Shown piece after piece: positions 21,030 to 29,797 of a DNA stretch of 38,429 bases. The translations under genes were made by a program, and so were the position numbers. This DNA comes from Gammaproteobacteria bacterium. GTDB lineage: Bacteria; Pseudomonadota; Gammaproteobacteria; Steroidobacterales; XN24. The stretch's first letter is position 1. Each line of letters starts with the position of its first letter. The stretch spans positions 1-38,429 of the forward strand of contig JASFEC010000001.1 in assembly GCA_050125045.1 (NCBI GenBank), given 5' to 3'. Below the pieces are notes generated by a model, which had not been told where the DNA came from, ran no database searches, and was given only the letters and a program-made list of their open reading frames with translations.

Positions 21030-22613
21030 ATGAATCGCTTGCGCCTGCCCTTGCTGTTTCTCGCCCTGCTCGCGGTGCTCATGCTGGGCTGGCGGGTCCT
21101 GCGCCCGCAGGCACCGCAGCCGGCCGTCGAGTCAGCGCCGGTGCTCGAATTCGTCCGCGGCAACAGTGCCGACCCGGAAGCGCTCGATCCTTTGCAAGCG
21201 CGGAGCGAGCCGGCGTTGAACATCCTCCGCGACCTCCACGAGGGCCTGACGGCACTGGACGCCGCGGGCCGTGTTGTCCCCGGCGCGGCGCGTAGCTGGC
21301 GCGTTGCCGACGACGGCTTGGAGTGGCGCTTCGAGCTCGATCCCGCCGCGCGCTGGTCGGATGGCCGGCAGGTGACGGCACACGATTTCGTCACGGCGTT
21401 CACCGCGCTCGCCGACCCGGCCGCAGCCTCGCCGCACCGAATGCTGTTCGGCGCGATCGCCGGCGTGGGTGATGCGGATGCCGGCACGCCCGCAGGGGTC
21501 GCGGCCGAGGGGGACGGTGTCGTGGTAATCACCCTCGAGCAGCCGACGCCATGGCTGGACGAGCTGCTCGCACACCCGGCGGCCAGCCCGCGCCGCACGG
21601 ACGTGCCGGCGGACGGGCGGGTGTCGAGCGGGGCTTTTCGCCTGCGGGAGCGCGTCCCCGGATCGCACCTCGTGGCGGTCAGGAACGAGGACTACCGCGC
21701 CGCGGCGGAGGTGAGCCTGGACCAGGTCCGGTACGTGTCGCTGTCGGACCAGGCCAGCGAGCTGTCCCGCTATCGCGCCGGCGAGCTCGACATGACCTAC
21801 ACGGTGCCGGTGGCGCGCGTACCCTGGCTGCAGAAGAACATGCCGGAGGAGCTGCGCATCAGTCCCTACCTGGCGGTGTATTTCTATGGCTTCAACACTC
21901 GCAAGCCGCCGTTGGACGACCCGCGGGTGCGGCGCGCGCTGTCGCTGGCAGTGGACCGTGACCTGGTCGCGGCGCGCGTGGCGGGCGCCGGCGAATTGCC
22001 GGCATGCAACCTGGTGCCGCCCGGCATCCCGGATTACGAGTCACCGCAGGATGTGGCTTGCGGGCTGCGCCGGAGCGAGCGCCTGGAGCGGGCGCGCGCG
22101 CTGCTGGCCGAGGCGGGCTATGGCCCGGATCAGCCGCTGCGGCTGGAGATCCGCTACAACAGCGGCGAGCTGCACGACCGTGTCGCGGTGGCCGTGAGCG
22201 CATTCTGGCGGGAGGGGCTCGGCATCGAGACCGACCTGGTGCGCGAGGAATTCCGGGTGCTGCTGGGGAACGTGCGTGCTGGCGACGTCACCCAGGTCTA
22301 TCGCGGCAGCTGGATCGCCGATTTTGCCCAGCCCGACAGTTTTCTCGGCATTCTCGCCGCCGACAGCCCCGTCAACGGCACCGGCTGGTCGGATCCGGAG
22401 TACGACCGGCTGCTGCGGGCGGCTGCCGCGGCCGCGCCGGCGGAGCGCGCGCGGCTGCTCGCCGAGGCCGAGTCCCGGCTGTTCGAGGCTGCACCGCTGA
22501 TGCCGCTGTATTTCTACGTCAGCAAGAAGCTGGTGAAGCCCTGGGTCAGCGGGATCGAGGGCAACCCGCTCAACGTTCACCCGAGCCGCTACGTTTCGGT
22601 CCGGCGGCCCTGA
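21030..22613 (+). CDS. Second family-5 (OppA-like) substrate-binding protein with an N-terminal hydrophobic anchor
   Basis: RGN.ADP..LDP, DLHEGL, WSDG..VTA.DFV, D.RVRRALSLAVDR, WIADF..PDSFL; no lipobox Cys. Confidence 0.9.
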   Translation: MNRLRLPLLFLALLAVLMLGWRVLRPQAPQPAVESAPVLEFVRGNSADPEALDPLQARSEPALNILRDLHEGLTALDAAGRVVPGAARSWRVADDGLEWRFELDPAARWSDGRQVTAHDFVTAFTALADPAAASPHRMLFGAIAGVGDADAGTPAGVAAEGDGVVVITLEQPTPWLDELLAHPAASPRRTDVPADGRVSSGAFRLRERVPGSHLVAVRNEDYRAAAEVSLDQVRYVSLSDQASELSRYRAGELDMTYTVPVARVPWLQKNMPEELRISPYLAVYFYGFNTRKPPLDDPRVRRALSLAVDRDLVAARVAGAGELPACNLVPPGIPDYESPQDVACGLRRSERLERARALLAEAGYGPDQPLRLEIRYNSGELHDRVAVAVSAFWREGLGIETDLVREEFRVLLGNVRAGDVTQVYRGSWIADFAQPDSFLGILAADSPVNGTGWSDPEYDRLLRAAAAAAPAERARLLAEAESRLFEAAPLMPLYFYVSKKLVKPWVSGIEGNPLNVHPSRYVSVRRP

Positions 22614-22628
22614 CGAGCCCTTGCCGCT

Positions 22629-23336
22629 TCAGTGCTCGAGCTCGAAGGTGGCGGTGACCGCTGCTTCGACGCGGATCAGGCCGGGCTGGTATGTCTCGCC
22701 GCCGCTCATTTCATTGGCGTCGGCCATGGCGGCGCGCATCATCGGCCGGGGCGGGGCGAAGCCGCCGCCCGTCTCGAGATGGAGCGGTTTGCCGACCTTC
22801 GCGCCGAGGGCTTCTGCCGTTGCAGTAGCCCGGGCGCGCGCATCCCTGGCGGCCGCGGCGAGCGCCTCGGCCTGGAGCTCGTCGCGCCGGGACGTATCGA
22901 AGCTCGCTGGCGAGGCTTCCGTTACGCCCAGGCCCAGGGCCCGTTCGGTCAAGTCCCCGAGCTGCCCGAGATCCATGAGCTTGAGCATCACCTGGCGACT
23001 GACTACGAAGCCGTGCTGCTCTTGCCGGCGGGTTTCCGGGTCCCAGGTCGTATCGGGCCGGACGGTCAATGCCGCGGTGGAGATGTGATCGTCCTCGAGA
23101 TTGAAGCCCCGGGCGAGCTCGATCAGCCGGGCAACGCTCGAAGCCACCTCGTCGCGGCCGGCCTCCACGGTCGGCTGCCGGGACGTCACCCCGAAGCGCA
23201 GCACGGCGATGTCCGGAACGGCCTCGGCGTGCCCGATGCCGGTCGCCGTGACGGTCGGGTCGTCGTCCGCCATGACGGGCATGGGCAGCGACAGGACGCA
23301 GGCAAGCGCGAGCAGGGTGAGCACAGGGCGCAACAT
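22629..23336 (-). CDS. SIMPL (DUF541/YggE/BP26-like) periplasmic protein
   Basis: Signal peptide; V.ATG.G.AEAVPD.A....GV, A..DARARA...A.ALG..VG, PG.I.V.A.V...F; AAGGAGG RBS. Confidence 0.9.
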   Translation of the reverse strand: MLRPVLTLLALACVLSLPMPVMADDDPTVTATGIGHAEAVPDIAVLRFGVTSRQPTVEAGRDEVASSVARLIELARGFNLEDDHISTAALTVRPDTTWDPETRRQEQHGFVVSRQVMLKLMDLGQLGDLTERALGLGVTEASPASFDTSRRDELQAEALAAAARDARARATATAEALGAKVGKPLHLETGGGFAPPRPMMRAAMADANEMSGGETYQPGLIRVEAAVTATFELEH

Positions 23337-23361
23337 GGGGACCTCCTTGGTCGTGGCCTGA

Positions 23362-23391
23362 TTGGCTTTTTCGATATTCCCTGATTACCAT
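23362..23391 (+). promoter_or_regulatory. Possible sigma70 promoter for the cytochrome c pair
   Basis: TTGGCT-18 bp-TACCAT in an AT-richer divergent intergenic region. Confidence 0.35.
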
Positions 23392-23438
23392 ACCGCCGCG
23401 ATTTACCGCTACCGCGCTCACCTGGAGGATGACTGTCG

Positions 23439-23750
23439 ATGCGACCGCGCGCCGTAACGATCGGGCTGTCCCTGGCCGCACTGCTGGCTGCGGGCTCCAC
23501 TCTTGCCGGGGAGCGTCCGGCAGCCGTCGAGACGTGCCTCGGCTGTCATGCCATTTCGGGCTACAAGAACGCTTATCCCACCTACCACGTGCCCAAGCTT
23601 GGCGGCCAGCACGCCCAGTACATCATCGACGCCCTGCGCGCTTATGCCAGTGGAGAGCGGCCGCATTCCACCATGCATGCCAACGCCGCGACGCTGAGCG
23701 AGGAAGAGATGCAGGCGATCGCCGAGTGGTTCGAGGAGCAGGGACAGTGA
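23439..23750 (+). CDS. Monoheme class I cytochrome c (c553/c4-like)
   Basis: Signal peptide, CLGCH, YPTYHVPKLGGQH..YI..AL..Y..GER.H.TM; GGAGG RBS 10 nt upstream. Confidence 0.92.
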   Translation: MRPRAVTIGLSLAALLAAGSTLAGERPAAVETCLGCHAISGYKNAYPTYHVPKLGGQHAQYIIDALRAYASGERPHSTMHANAATLSEEEMQAIAEWFEEQGQ

Positions 23751-24085
23751 ACAGGATGCAGAACGTCTCGACCGTCGCCCTGCTGCTGGCGGGTGTCCTC
23801 GCCGCCGGTCCTGCCGCCGCTTCCGGCAACGCCGAGCTGGGCAAGGCCAAGTCCGCGCCCTGCGTTGCCTGCCACGGCGTGGACGGCAAGGGCATTGCGC
23901 CGAATTTCCCGGTGATCGCCGGGCAGTATGCCGACTACCTCGTGCACACGCTGAAGCAGTATCGCAGCGGCGAGCGCAACAATGCGCTGATGGCGCCTAA
24001 TGCGGCCAACCTGTCCGACGACGACATCGCGGACCTCGCGGCCTATTACTCGCAGCTGCCCGGCCTCAAGACGCCCAAGCGCTGA
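23747..24085 (+). CDS. Second monoheme cytochrome c (c553/c4-like)
   Basis: Own signal peptide, CVACHG, P.IAGQY.DYL...L..YRSGERNNALM; GTG 23747 overlaps the previous stop (alternative ATG 23756). Confidence 0.92.
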   Translation: MNRMQNVSTVALLLAGVLAAGPAAASGNAELGKAKSAPCVACHGVDGKGIAPNFPVIAGQYADYLVHTLKQYRSGERNNALMAPNAANLSDDDIADLAAYYSQLPGLKTPKR

Positions 24086-24117
24086 TCTTCCGCACGGCCG
24101 GCCCGGGCCTTCGGCAG

Positions 24118-25641
24118 CTACAGGCGTCCGAGGAAGGCTTCGGCCCCGGCGCGAATCTGCGCCAGCTCTTCCGCGTCGATCCGTTCCAGGTTCTTCAGCG
24201 CCAGCCCCATGCGGGGATTGCCCGCTAGCGTCTCGAGATTGCGCGCCAGGAAATCCCAGTAGAGCAGATTGAAGGGGCAGGCATCCTCGCCGCTGCGCTT
24301 GCCGGGGTCGTAGCGGCAGCCCGCGCAGTAGTTGCTCATGCGCTTGATGTAGGCGCCGCTGGCGACGTACGGCTTGGTGCCGACGATGCCGCCGTCGGCA
24401 TGCAGCGCCATCCCGAGGGTGTTTGGCAGCTCGACCCACTCCACCGCATCGACGTAGATCCCGAGGAACCAACTGCACACCGCCTCCGGATCCAGCCCGG
24501 CCAGCAGGGCGAAGTTGCCGATCACCATGAGCCGCTGGATGTGGTGGGCGTAGCCGTTCGCCAGCGTGTCGCCGAAGCACTGTCGCAGGCAGTTGAGGTC
24601 GGTGTCCGCGTCCCAGAAAAAGGATGGCAGCGGGCGGGCGTGGCTGAAGTGATTGCGCTCCGCGTAGCCCGGCATCTCCAGCCAGTAGACGCCGCGGATG
24701 AACTCGCGCCAGCCGAGCACCTGCCGGACGAAGCCTTCGACGGCCTCGAGCGGCGCCTGTCCGGCGCGCCAGGCCGCGACCGCCGCATCCACCGCGCGGC
24801 GCGGGTCGAGTAGCTTCAGGTTCAGCGCCGCCGAGATGCCGGCATGGTACAGCCAGGGCTCGCCCTGCCACATGGCGTCCTGGTAGCGGCCGAACAGGGC
24901 CAGCCTGCGGGAGATGAAGGCGTCCAGCGCCGCCTCGGCCTCCTCCGGCGTGACCGGCCAGCCGAAGCTCTCCAGGTCGCCGGGATGATCGGGGAAGCGG
25001 GCGGCGACCTCGGCGAGGACTCCGCGCGTGATGTCGTCCGGCTCGAAGCGCCGCGGCGGCGGCAGCGCCCCGGGCCCCTTGCGGCCAAAGCTGCCGCGGT
25101 TGGCGCGGTCGAAATTCCATGCGCCGCCGGCCGGCTGGCCGTCCTCCATCAACACATCGAATCGCTTGCGCAGCTCGCGATAGAAGAACTCCATCACCAG
25201 CCGTTTCCGGCCGCGGGCCCAGCGCGCGAAGTCATCGCGGCCGCAAAAGAAATGGGCGTCCCCGTGCCAGCAGAGCTCGACCCCGGCATCGCGACAGGCC
25301 GACTCGATTATCTCCTGCACCCGCCATTCTCCGGCCTCGACCACCCGCAGCCGCGCCGGGCGGTGTCGCGCGAGCGCCTCGGAAAGTCCCGCGCCCAGCG
25401 AGGCGTGCCCGGCATCCAGCGCCTGGTAGTCGACGGTCCAGCCCGCGGCGCGGAGGTCCGCAGCATAGTGACGCATCGCCGCCAGGAAGACCGCGATCCG
25501 CTGCCGGTGGCTCCAGGCATGGGTCGCTTCGCCGGCCGACTCGATCATCAGTACCACGTCCTGCCCGGGCCGCCCGGCCAGCAGCGCCGCGTTGCTCGGA
25601 TCGAGCTGGTCGCCGAGTACGAGTATCAGCTCAGCTGCCAT
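24118..25641 (-). CDS. Bacterial (6-4) photolyase / FeS-BCP cryptochrome (PhrB/CryB-like)
   Basis: LVLGDQL, H.QRI..F.AAMRHYA, MEFFYR..R, GG.WNFD..NR, EGFVRQ.LGWREF, YAHHIQRLM, KPYVASG.YI..MSNYC..C.Y, ACPFN.LYW; four Fe-S cysteines present. ATG 25641. Confidence 0.95.
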   Translation of the reverse strand: MAAELILVLGDQLDPSNAALLAGRPGQDVVLMIESAGEATHAWSHRQRIAVFLAAMRHYAADLRAAGWTVDYQALDAGHASLGAGLSEALARHRPARLRVVEAGEWRVQEIIESACRDAGVELCWHGDAHFFCGRDDFARWARGRKRLVMEFFYRELRKRFDVLMEDGQPAGGAWNFDRANRGSFGRKGPGALPPPRRFEPDDITRGVLAEVAARFPDHPGDLESFGWPVTPEEAEAALDAFISRRLALFGRYQDAMWQGEPWLYHAGISAALNLKLLDPRRAVDAAVAAWRAGQAPLEAVEGFVRQVLGWREFIRGVYWLEMPGYAERNHFSHARPLPSFFWDADTDLNCLRQCFGDTLANGYAHHIQRLMVIGNFALLAGLDPEAVCSWFLGIYVDAVEWVELPNTLGMALHADGGIVGTKPYVASGAYIKRMSNYCAGCRYDPGKRSGEDACPFNLLYWDFLARNLETLAGNPRMGLALKNLERIDAEELAQIRAGAEAFLGRL

Positions 25642-25648
25642 GGCGCCT

Positions 25649-25677
25649 TTGCCCGCAGCGGCCTGAGGCGAGACAAT
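25649..25677 (+). promoter_or_regulatory. Possible sigma70 promoter for the MBL-acuI pair
   Basis: TTGCCC-17 bp-GACAAT. Confidence 0.35.
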
Positions 25678-25717
25678 CAGGGTTTCGCGACGGGTCCAGC
25701 CCGAGGGGGGCGAGGAA

Positions 25718-26671
25718 GTGCAGCAGCCCAACATGATCGACTTCGAGGCCGGCATCACGGCGGTCGATACCGAGTACGTCCGGCCTGGGCTCGATGCGAG
25801 CCACCTGGTCGTCCAGGGCGGCCGGGCCGCCTTCGTGGACACGGGCACGACGTATTCCGTGCCCCTGCTGCTCGCGGCGCTCGACGCGAAAGGCCTTGCC
25901 CCCGAGCAGGTCGACTGGGTTTGGGTGACGCATGTGCACCTCGATCATGCGGGCGGGGCGGGCGAGTTGATGGCGGCGCTGCCGAACGCCGTCGCGGTGC
26001 TCCATCCCCGCGGCGCCCGTCACATGGCGGATCCCTCGAAGCTGATTGCGGGCGCAACGGCCGTGTACGGCGAGGAGACTTTCCGGGAGCTGTACGGCGA
26101 GATTCGGCCGATCCCGGAGGAGCGGATTCGGACGGTGGCGGACGGCGAGCGGTTGATGCTCGCGGACCGCGAGTTCGAGTTCATTCATGCGGAAGGCCAT
26201 GCCCGCCACCACTACTGCATTGTCGACCCGGCGTCCAAGGGTATCTTCACCGGGGACTGCTTCGGCATCTCCTACCGTGAACTCGACACGGACGCCGGGC
26301 CGTTCATTTTCCCGACCACCACGCCCGTGCAGTTCGACCCGGAGGCTGCACACGATACCATCCACCGGATTCTTTCCTACCAGCCCGCGCGGGTGTTCCT
26401 GACGCACTTCAGCTGTGTGGAGAGCCCGGCGGCCCTGGCCCCTCAGCTGCATCGAGACCTGAACGCCTACGTCGACATCGCGCGGGACCGCGCCGACGAT
26501 GCCGACCCGGAGGCTTCCATCCAGGCCGCCCTGCGTGACTGGACGTTCTCGCGGCTCGATGATCACGGCGTCGATCCCGACCCCGAGTTCCGCGAGGAAG
26601 TGCTGCGGATGGACCTGGCACTGAACGCACAGGGTCTCGCTTTCTGGCTCAAGCACGGAGGTGGCGCATGA
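25718..26671 (+). CDS. MBL-fold metallo-hydrolase
   Basis: THVHLDHAGG (HxHxDH), GHARHH, FTGD.FG, THF; GTG 25718 or ATG 25733. Confidence 0.92.
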   Translation: MQQPNMIDFEAGITAVDTEYVRPGLDASHLVVQGGRAAFVDTGTTYSVPLLLAALDAKGLAPEQVDWVWVTHVHLDHAGGAGELMAALPNAVAVLHPRGARHMADPSKLIAGATAVYGEETFRELYGEIRPIPEERIRTVADGERLMLADREFEFIHAEGHARHHYCIVDPASKGIFTGDCFGISYRELDTDAGPFIFPTTTPVQFDPEAAHDTIHRILSYQPARVFLTHFSCVESPAALAPQLHRDLNAYVDIARDRADDADPEASIQAALRDWTFSRLDDHGVDPDPEFREEVLRMDLALNAQGLAFWLKHGGGA

Positions 26672-27660
26672 GCACGTTCAAGGCATTCCGGATCCACCAG
26701 GCCGGCAAGGGGGTGGACGCGCGCCTCGAGCAACTGTCGCTGGACGACCTCGGCCCCGGCGAGGTGGTGATCCGCGGCCACTGGTCGAGCATCAACTACA
26801 AGGACGCTCTCGCCGCAACCGGCAAGGGCCGGATTCTCAAACGCTTTCCCCTGGTCGGCGGCATCGACGTAGCCGGCGAGGTGGTGAGTTCGGAGGACCC
26901 GCGCTATCGCCCGGGCGACCCGGTGCTGGTCACGGGCTGCGGCCTGGGGGAGGACCATGACGGCGGCTATGCCGAGTTCGCACGGGTGAGCGGCGAGTGG
27001 GTGGTGCCGGTGCCGACCGGGCTGGACCCCCGGGCCGTGATGCAGCTGGGCACGGCGGGATTCACCGCGGGCCTGGCCGTGCACCGGCTGGAGCACAATG
27101 GCCTCGCGCCGGACAAGGGCCCGGTGATCGTCACCGGCGCCACCGGCGGGGTGGGCAGCCTGGCGGTGGATATGCTGGCCGGGCGCGGCTATGCCGTCAC
27201 CGCCCTCACCGGCAAGGCCGAGGCGGGCGACTATCTGCGCGAGCTGGGTGCCGCCGAGATCCTGGTGCGCGGGCAGTTCGAGATGGGCACCCGGCCGCTG
27301 GAAAAGGCCACCTGGGCCGGCGCCGTGGACAATCTCGGCGGCGAGACCCTGGCCTGGTTGACCCGAACCATGGACTGGTGGGGGTCGATTGCCAGTATCG
27401 GGCTCGCCCAGAGCCACGAGCTGAACACGACCGTGATGCCCTTCATCCTGCGCGGGGCCAACCTGCTCGGGATCAACTCGGTCGCCACGCCGCGTCCGCT
27501 GCGGCTGGCGGTATGGGACCGGCTGGCAACCGACCTCAAGCCTCGACATCTCGACAAGATAGCCGAAAATACCGTCCCGTTAAGCAACATTGCCAGCGCA
27601 TTCGACGCATATATCGACGGCAAGGTGCGCGGCCGCACGCTGGTGGACCTGCGCGCCTGA
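26668..27660 (+). CDS. acuI: Acryloyl-CoA reductase AcuI / YhdH-family MDR oxidoreductase
   Basis: SSINYKDALA..G, GID.AG.V, GTAGFTA, VTGATGGVGS, TTVMPFILRG..LLGI.SV, GRTLV; ATGA overlap with the MBL gene. Confidence 0.88.
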   Translation: MSTFKAFRIHQAGKGVDARLEQLSLDDLGPGEVVIRGHWSSINYKDALAATGKGRILKRFPLVGGIDVAGEVVSSEDPRYRPGDPVLVTGCGLGEDHDGGYAEFARVSGEWVVPVPTGLDPRAVMQLGTAGFTAGLAVHRLEHNGLAPDKGPVIVTGATGGVGSLAVDMLAGRGYAVTALTGKAEAGDYLRELGAAEILVRGQFEMGTRPLEKATWAGAVDNLGGETLAWLTRTMDWWGSIASIGLAQSHELNTTVMPFILRGANLLGINSVATPRPLRLAVWDRLATDLKPRHLDKIAENTVPLSNIASAFDAYIDGKVRGRTLVDLRA

Positions 27661-27701
27661 ATCTGCCGGGGGCCGGGGCGCTCCCGCCCGGCGCCATGGG
27701 C

Positions 27702-27707
27702 TAGAAT
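27702..27707 (+). promoter_or_regulatory. Possible -10 box for prpBCD
   Basis: TAGAAT 24 bp before the prpB ATG; no clear -35. Confidence 0.45.
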
Positions 27708-27731
27708 GGTGCGCTGCCATGGGAGTGATGC

Positions 27732-28646
27732 ATGCCTGAGATCCAGTCCCCCGGCGCGCGCTTCCGCGTTGCCCTCGAGACCGAGTGTCCGCTGCAGGTC
27801 GTCGGCACGATCAATGCCTACACGGCGTTACTGGCCGAGCGTGCCGGCTTCCGCTCGCTCTACCTGTCCGGGGCCGGGGTCGCGAACGCGTCCTTCGGGT
27901 TGCCAGACCTGGGGATGACCGGCCTGAACGACGTCTGCGAGGACATTCGCCGCATCACGGGCGCGACCGACCTGCCTCTGCTGGTGGACGCCGATACCGG
28001 CTGGGGCGCTGCCTTCAACATTGCGCGGACCGTCAAGGAGATGATTCGCGCCGGTGCGGCTGCCCTGCACCTGGAGGACCAGGTCTCCGCCAAGCGTTGC
28101 GGCCACCGCCCCGGCAAGGCGCTGGTCTCGGGCCCGGAGATGTGCGATCGGATCCGCGCCGCCGTCGACGGCCGTAACGACCCCGCCTTCGTCATCATGG
28201 CCCGCACCGACGCCCATGCCGTCGAGGGTCAGGCCCAGGCCATCGAGCGCGCTCAGGCCTACGTCGAGGCGGGCGCCGACATGATTTTCGCCGAGGCCCT
28301 GACCACGCTCGACGAGTATCGGCAGTTCACCGCCGCCGTGCCGGTGCCGGTGCTGGCCAACATCACCGAGTTCGGCAAGACCCCGCTGTTTACGACCGCC
28401 GAGCTGGCCGACGCGGGCGTCCGGCTGGTGCTCTACCCGCTCTCGGCCTTCCGCGCCATGAGCAAGGCCGCGCTGTCGGTGTACGAGACACTGCGCCGCG
28501 ACGGCACTCAGCAGGCATCGATCGATGCCATGCAGACCCGCGCCGAGCTCTACGACGTGCTCGGTTATCACGACTATGAACGGAAGCTCGACGCGCTGTT
28601 CACGGCCGACGTCGCGGCTCCAGAGACCCAGGGAGAAAAAGAATGA
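27732..28646 (+). CDS. prpB: 2-methylisocitrate lyase
   Basis: [46 protein letters not shown]. Confidence 0.97.
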   Translation: MPEIQSPGARFRVALETECPLQVVGTINAYTALLAERAGFRSLYLSGAGVANASFGLPDLGMTGLNDVCEDIRRITGATDLPLLVDADTGWGAAFNIARTVKEMIRAGAAALHLEDQVSAKRCGHRPGKALVSGPEMCDRIRAAVDGRNDPAFVIMARTDAHAVEGQAQAIERAQAYVEAGADMIFAEALTTLDEYRQFTAAVPVPVLANITEFGKTPLFTTAELADAGVRLVLYPLSAFRAMSKAALSVYETLRRDGTQQASIDAMQTRAELYDVLGYHDYERKLDALFTADVAAPETQGEKE

Positions 28647-29767
28647 GCAAGGACAAGAAAGCAGGCGGCCTGGCGGGCATTTCCGCGGGCGAAACGGCAA
28701 TCTGCACCGTCGGCAAGGAAGGCGCCGGCCTCACCTACCGCGGCTATGACATCTACGACCTGGCCGAGCATGCCCGCTTCGAGGAGGTCGCCTACCTGCT
28801 GCATTACGGCAAGCTGCCCACGCAGGCCGAGTACGACGGTTACATCGCGCGCCTGAAGGGACTGCGCGACCTGCCGGGCGCGCTGAAGCAGGCGCTGGAA
28901 GCGGTCCCGGGCGACTCCCATCCCATGGACGTGCTGCGAACGGGGTGCTCGCTGCTCGGGAACTTCGAGCCAGAGGGCGATTTCTCGCGCCAGCTCGACG
29001 TCGCCGACCGGCTGCTCGCGGCCTTCCCCTCGATGCTCCTCTACTGGTGGCGTTTCCACCAGGACGGCGTGCGCATCGACACCGTGACCGATGACGACAG
29101 CGTCGCCGGGCATTTCCTGCACCTGCTGCATGGCCAGGCCCCGTCCGACTTCCATCGCCGGGTGCTGGACGTGTCGCTGATCTTGTACGCCGAGCACGAG
29201 TTCAACGCCTCGACTTTCACGGCACGCGTCATCGCGGCGACGCTCTCGGACTTCCACTCCGCGATCACGGGCGCCATCGGGGCGCTGCGCGGTCCGCTGC
29301 ACGGCGGCGCCAACGAGGCAGCGATGGAGCTGATCGAGCGCTTCGACAGCGCGGCGGCGGCCGACCAGGGTGTGCGCGGCATGCTGGCCGCGAAAGAGAA
29401 GATCATGGGCTTCGGCCACCGGGTCTACACCACGTCCGACCCGCGCAACAAGGTCATCAAGGCCTTCGCGAAGCAGCTGTCCGACGAGCGGGGTGACACC
29501 GTCGTCTATCCCGTGTCGGAGGCGATCGAGAAGGTGATGTGGGACGAGAAGAAGCTGTTCCCGAACGCCGATTTCTACTCCGCCAGCGCCTACCGCTTCA
29601 TGGGCATCCCGACCGCGCTGTTCACGCCGATCTTTGTCTGCTCGCGCACCACCGGCTGGTCCGCCCATGTCATGGAGCAGCGTGCCAACAACCGCCTGAT
29701 CCGCCCGGGCGCCGACTACACCGGCCCCGGCCTGCAGGCCTGGACGCCCATCGCCGAGCGCAGCTGA
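28643..29767 (+). CDS. prpC: 2-methylcitrate synthase
   Basis: [51 protein letters not shown]; lies between prpB and prpD. Confidence 0.96.
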   Translation: MSKDKKAGGLAGISAGETAICTVGKEGAGLTYRGYDIYDLAEHARFEEVAYLLHYGKLPTQAEYDGYIARLKGLRDLPGALKQALEAVPGDSHPMDVLRTGCSLLGNFEPEGDFSRQLDVADRLLAAFPSMLLYWWRFHQDGVRIDTVTDDDSVAGHFLHLLHGQAPSDFHRRVLDVSLILYAEHEFNASTFTARVIAATLSDFHSAITGAIGALRGPLHGGANEAAMELIERFDSAAAADQGVRGMLAAKEKIMGFGHRVYTTSDPRNKVIKAFAKQLSDERGDTVVYPVSEAIEKVMWDEKKLFPNADFYSASAYRFMGIPTALFTPIFVCSRTTGWSAHVMEQRANNRLIRPGADYTGPGLQAWTPIAERS

Positions 29768-29797
29768 GAGGCCCGCTGCAGCAAGGGAAGCACGCCG

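Noticed and set aside
23429-24085. 218-aa ORF as one long cytochrome or a frameshifted diheme c4 pseudogene
   Set aside because: ATG 23429 abuts the SD with zero spacing, the first half has no motifs, and the second cytochrome has its own signal peptide.
25642-25848. N-terminal extension of the photolyase
   Set aside because: Antisense to the MBL gene; family homology starts at ATG 25641.
25718-26671. MBL-fold protein as an antibiotic-resistance beta-lactamase
   Set aside because: No signal peptide and a metabolic context; the fold alone does not imply beta-lactamase activity.
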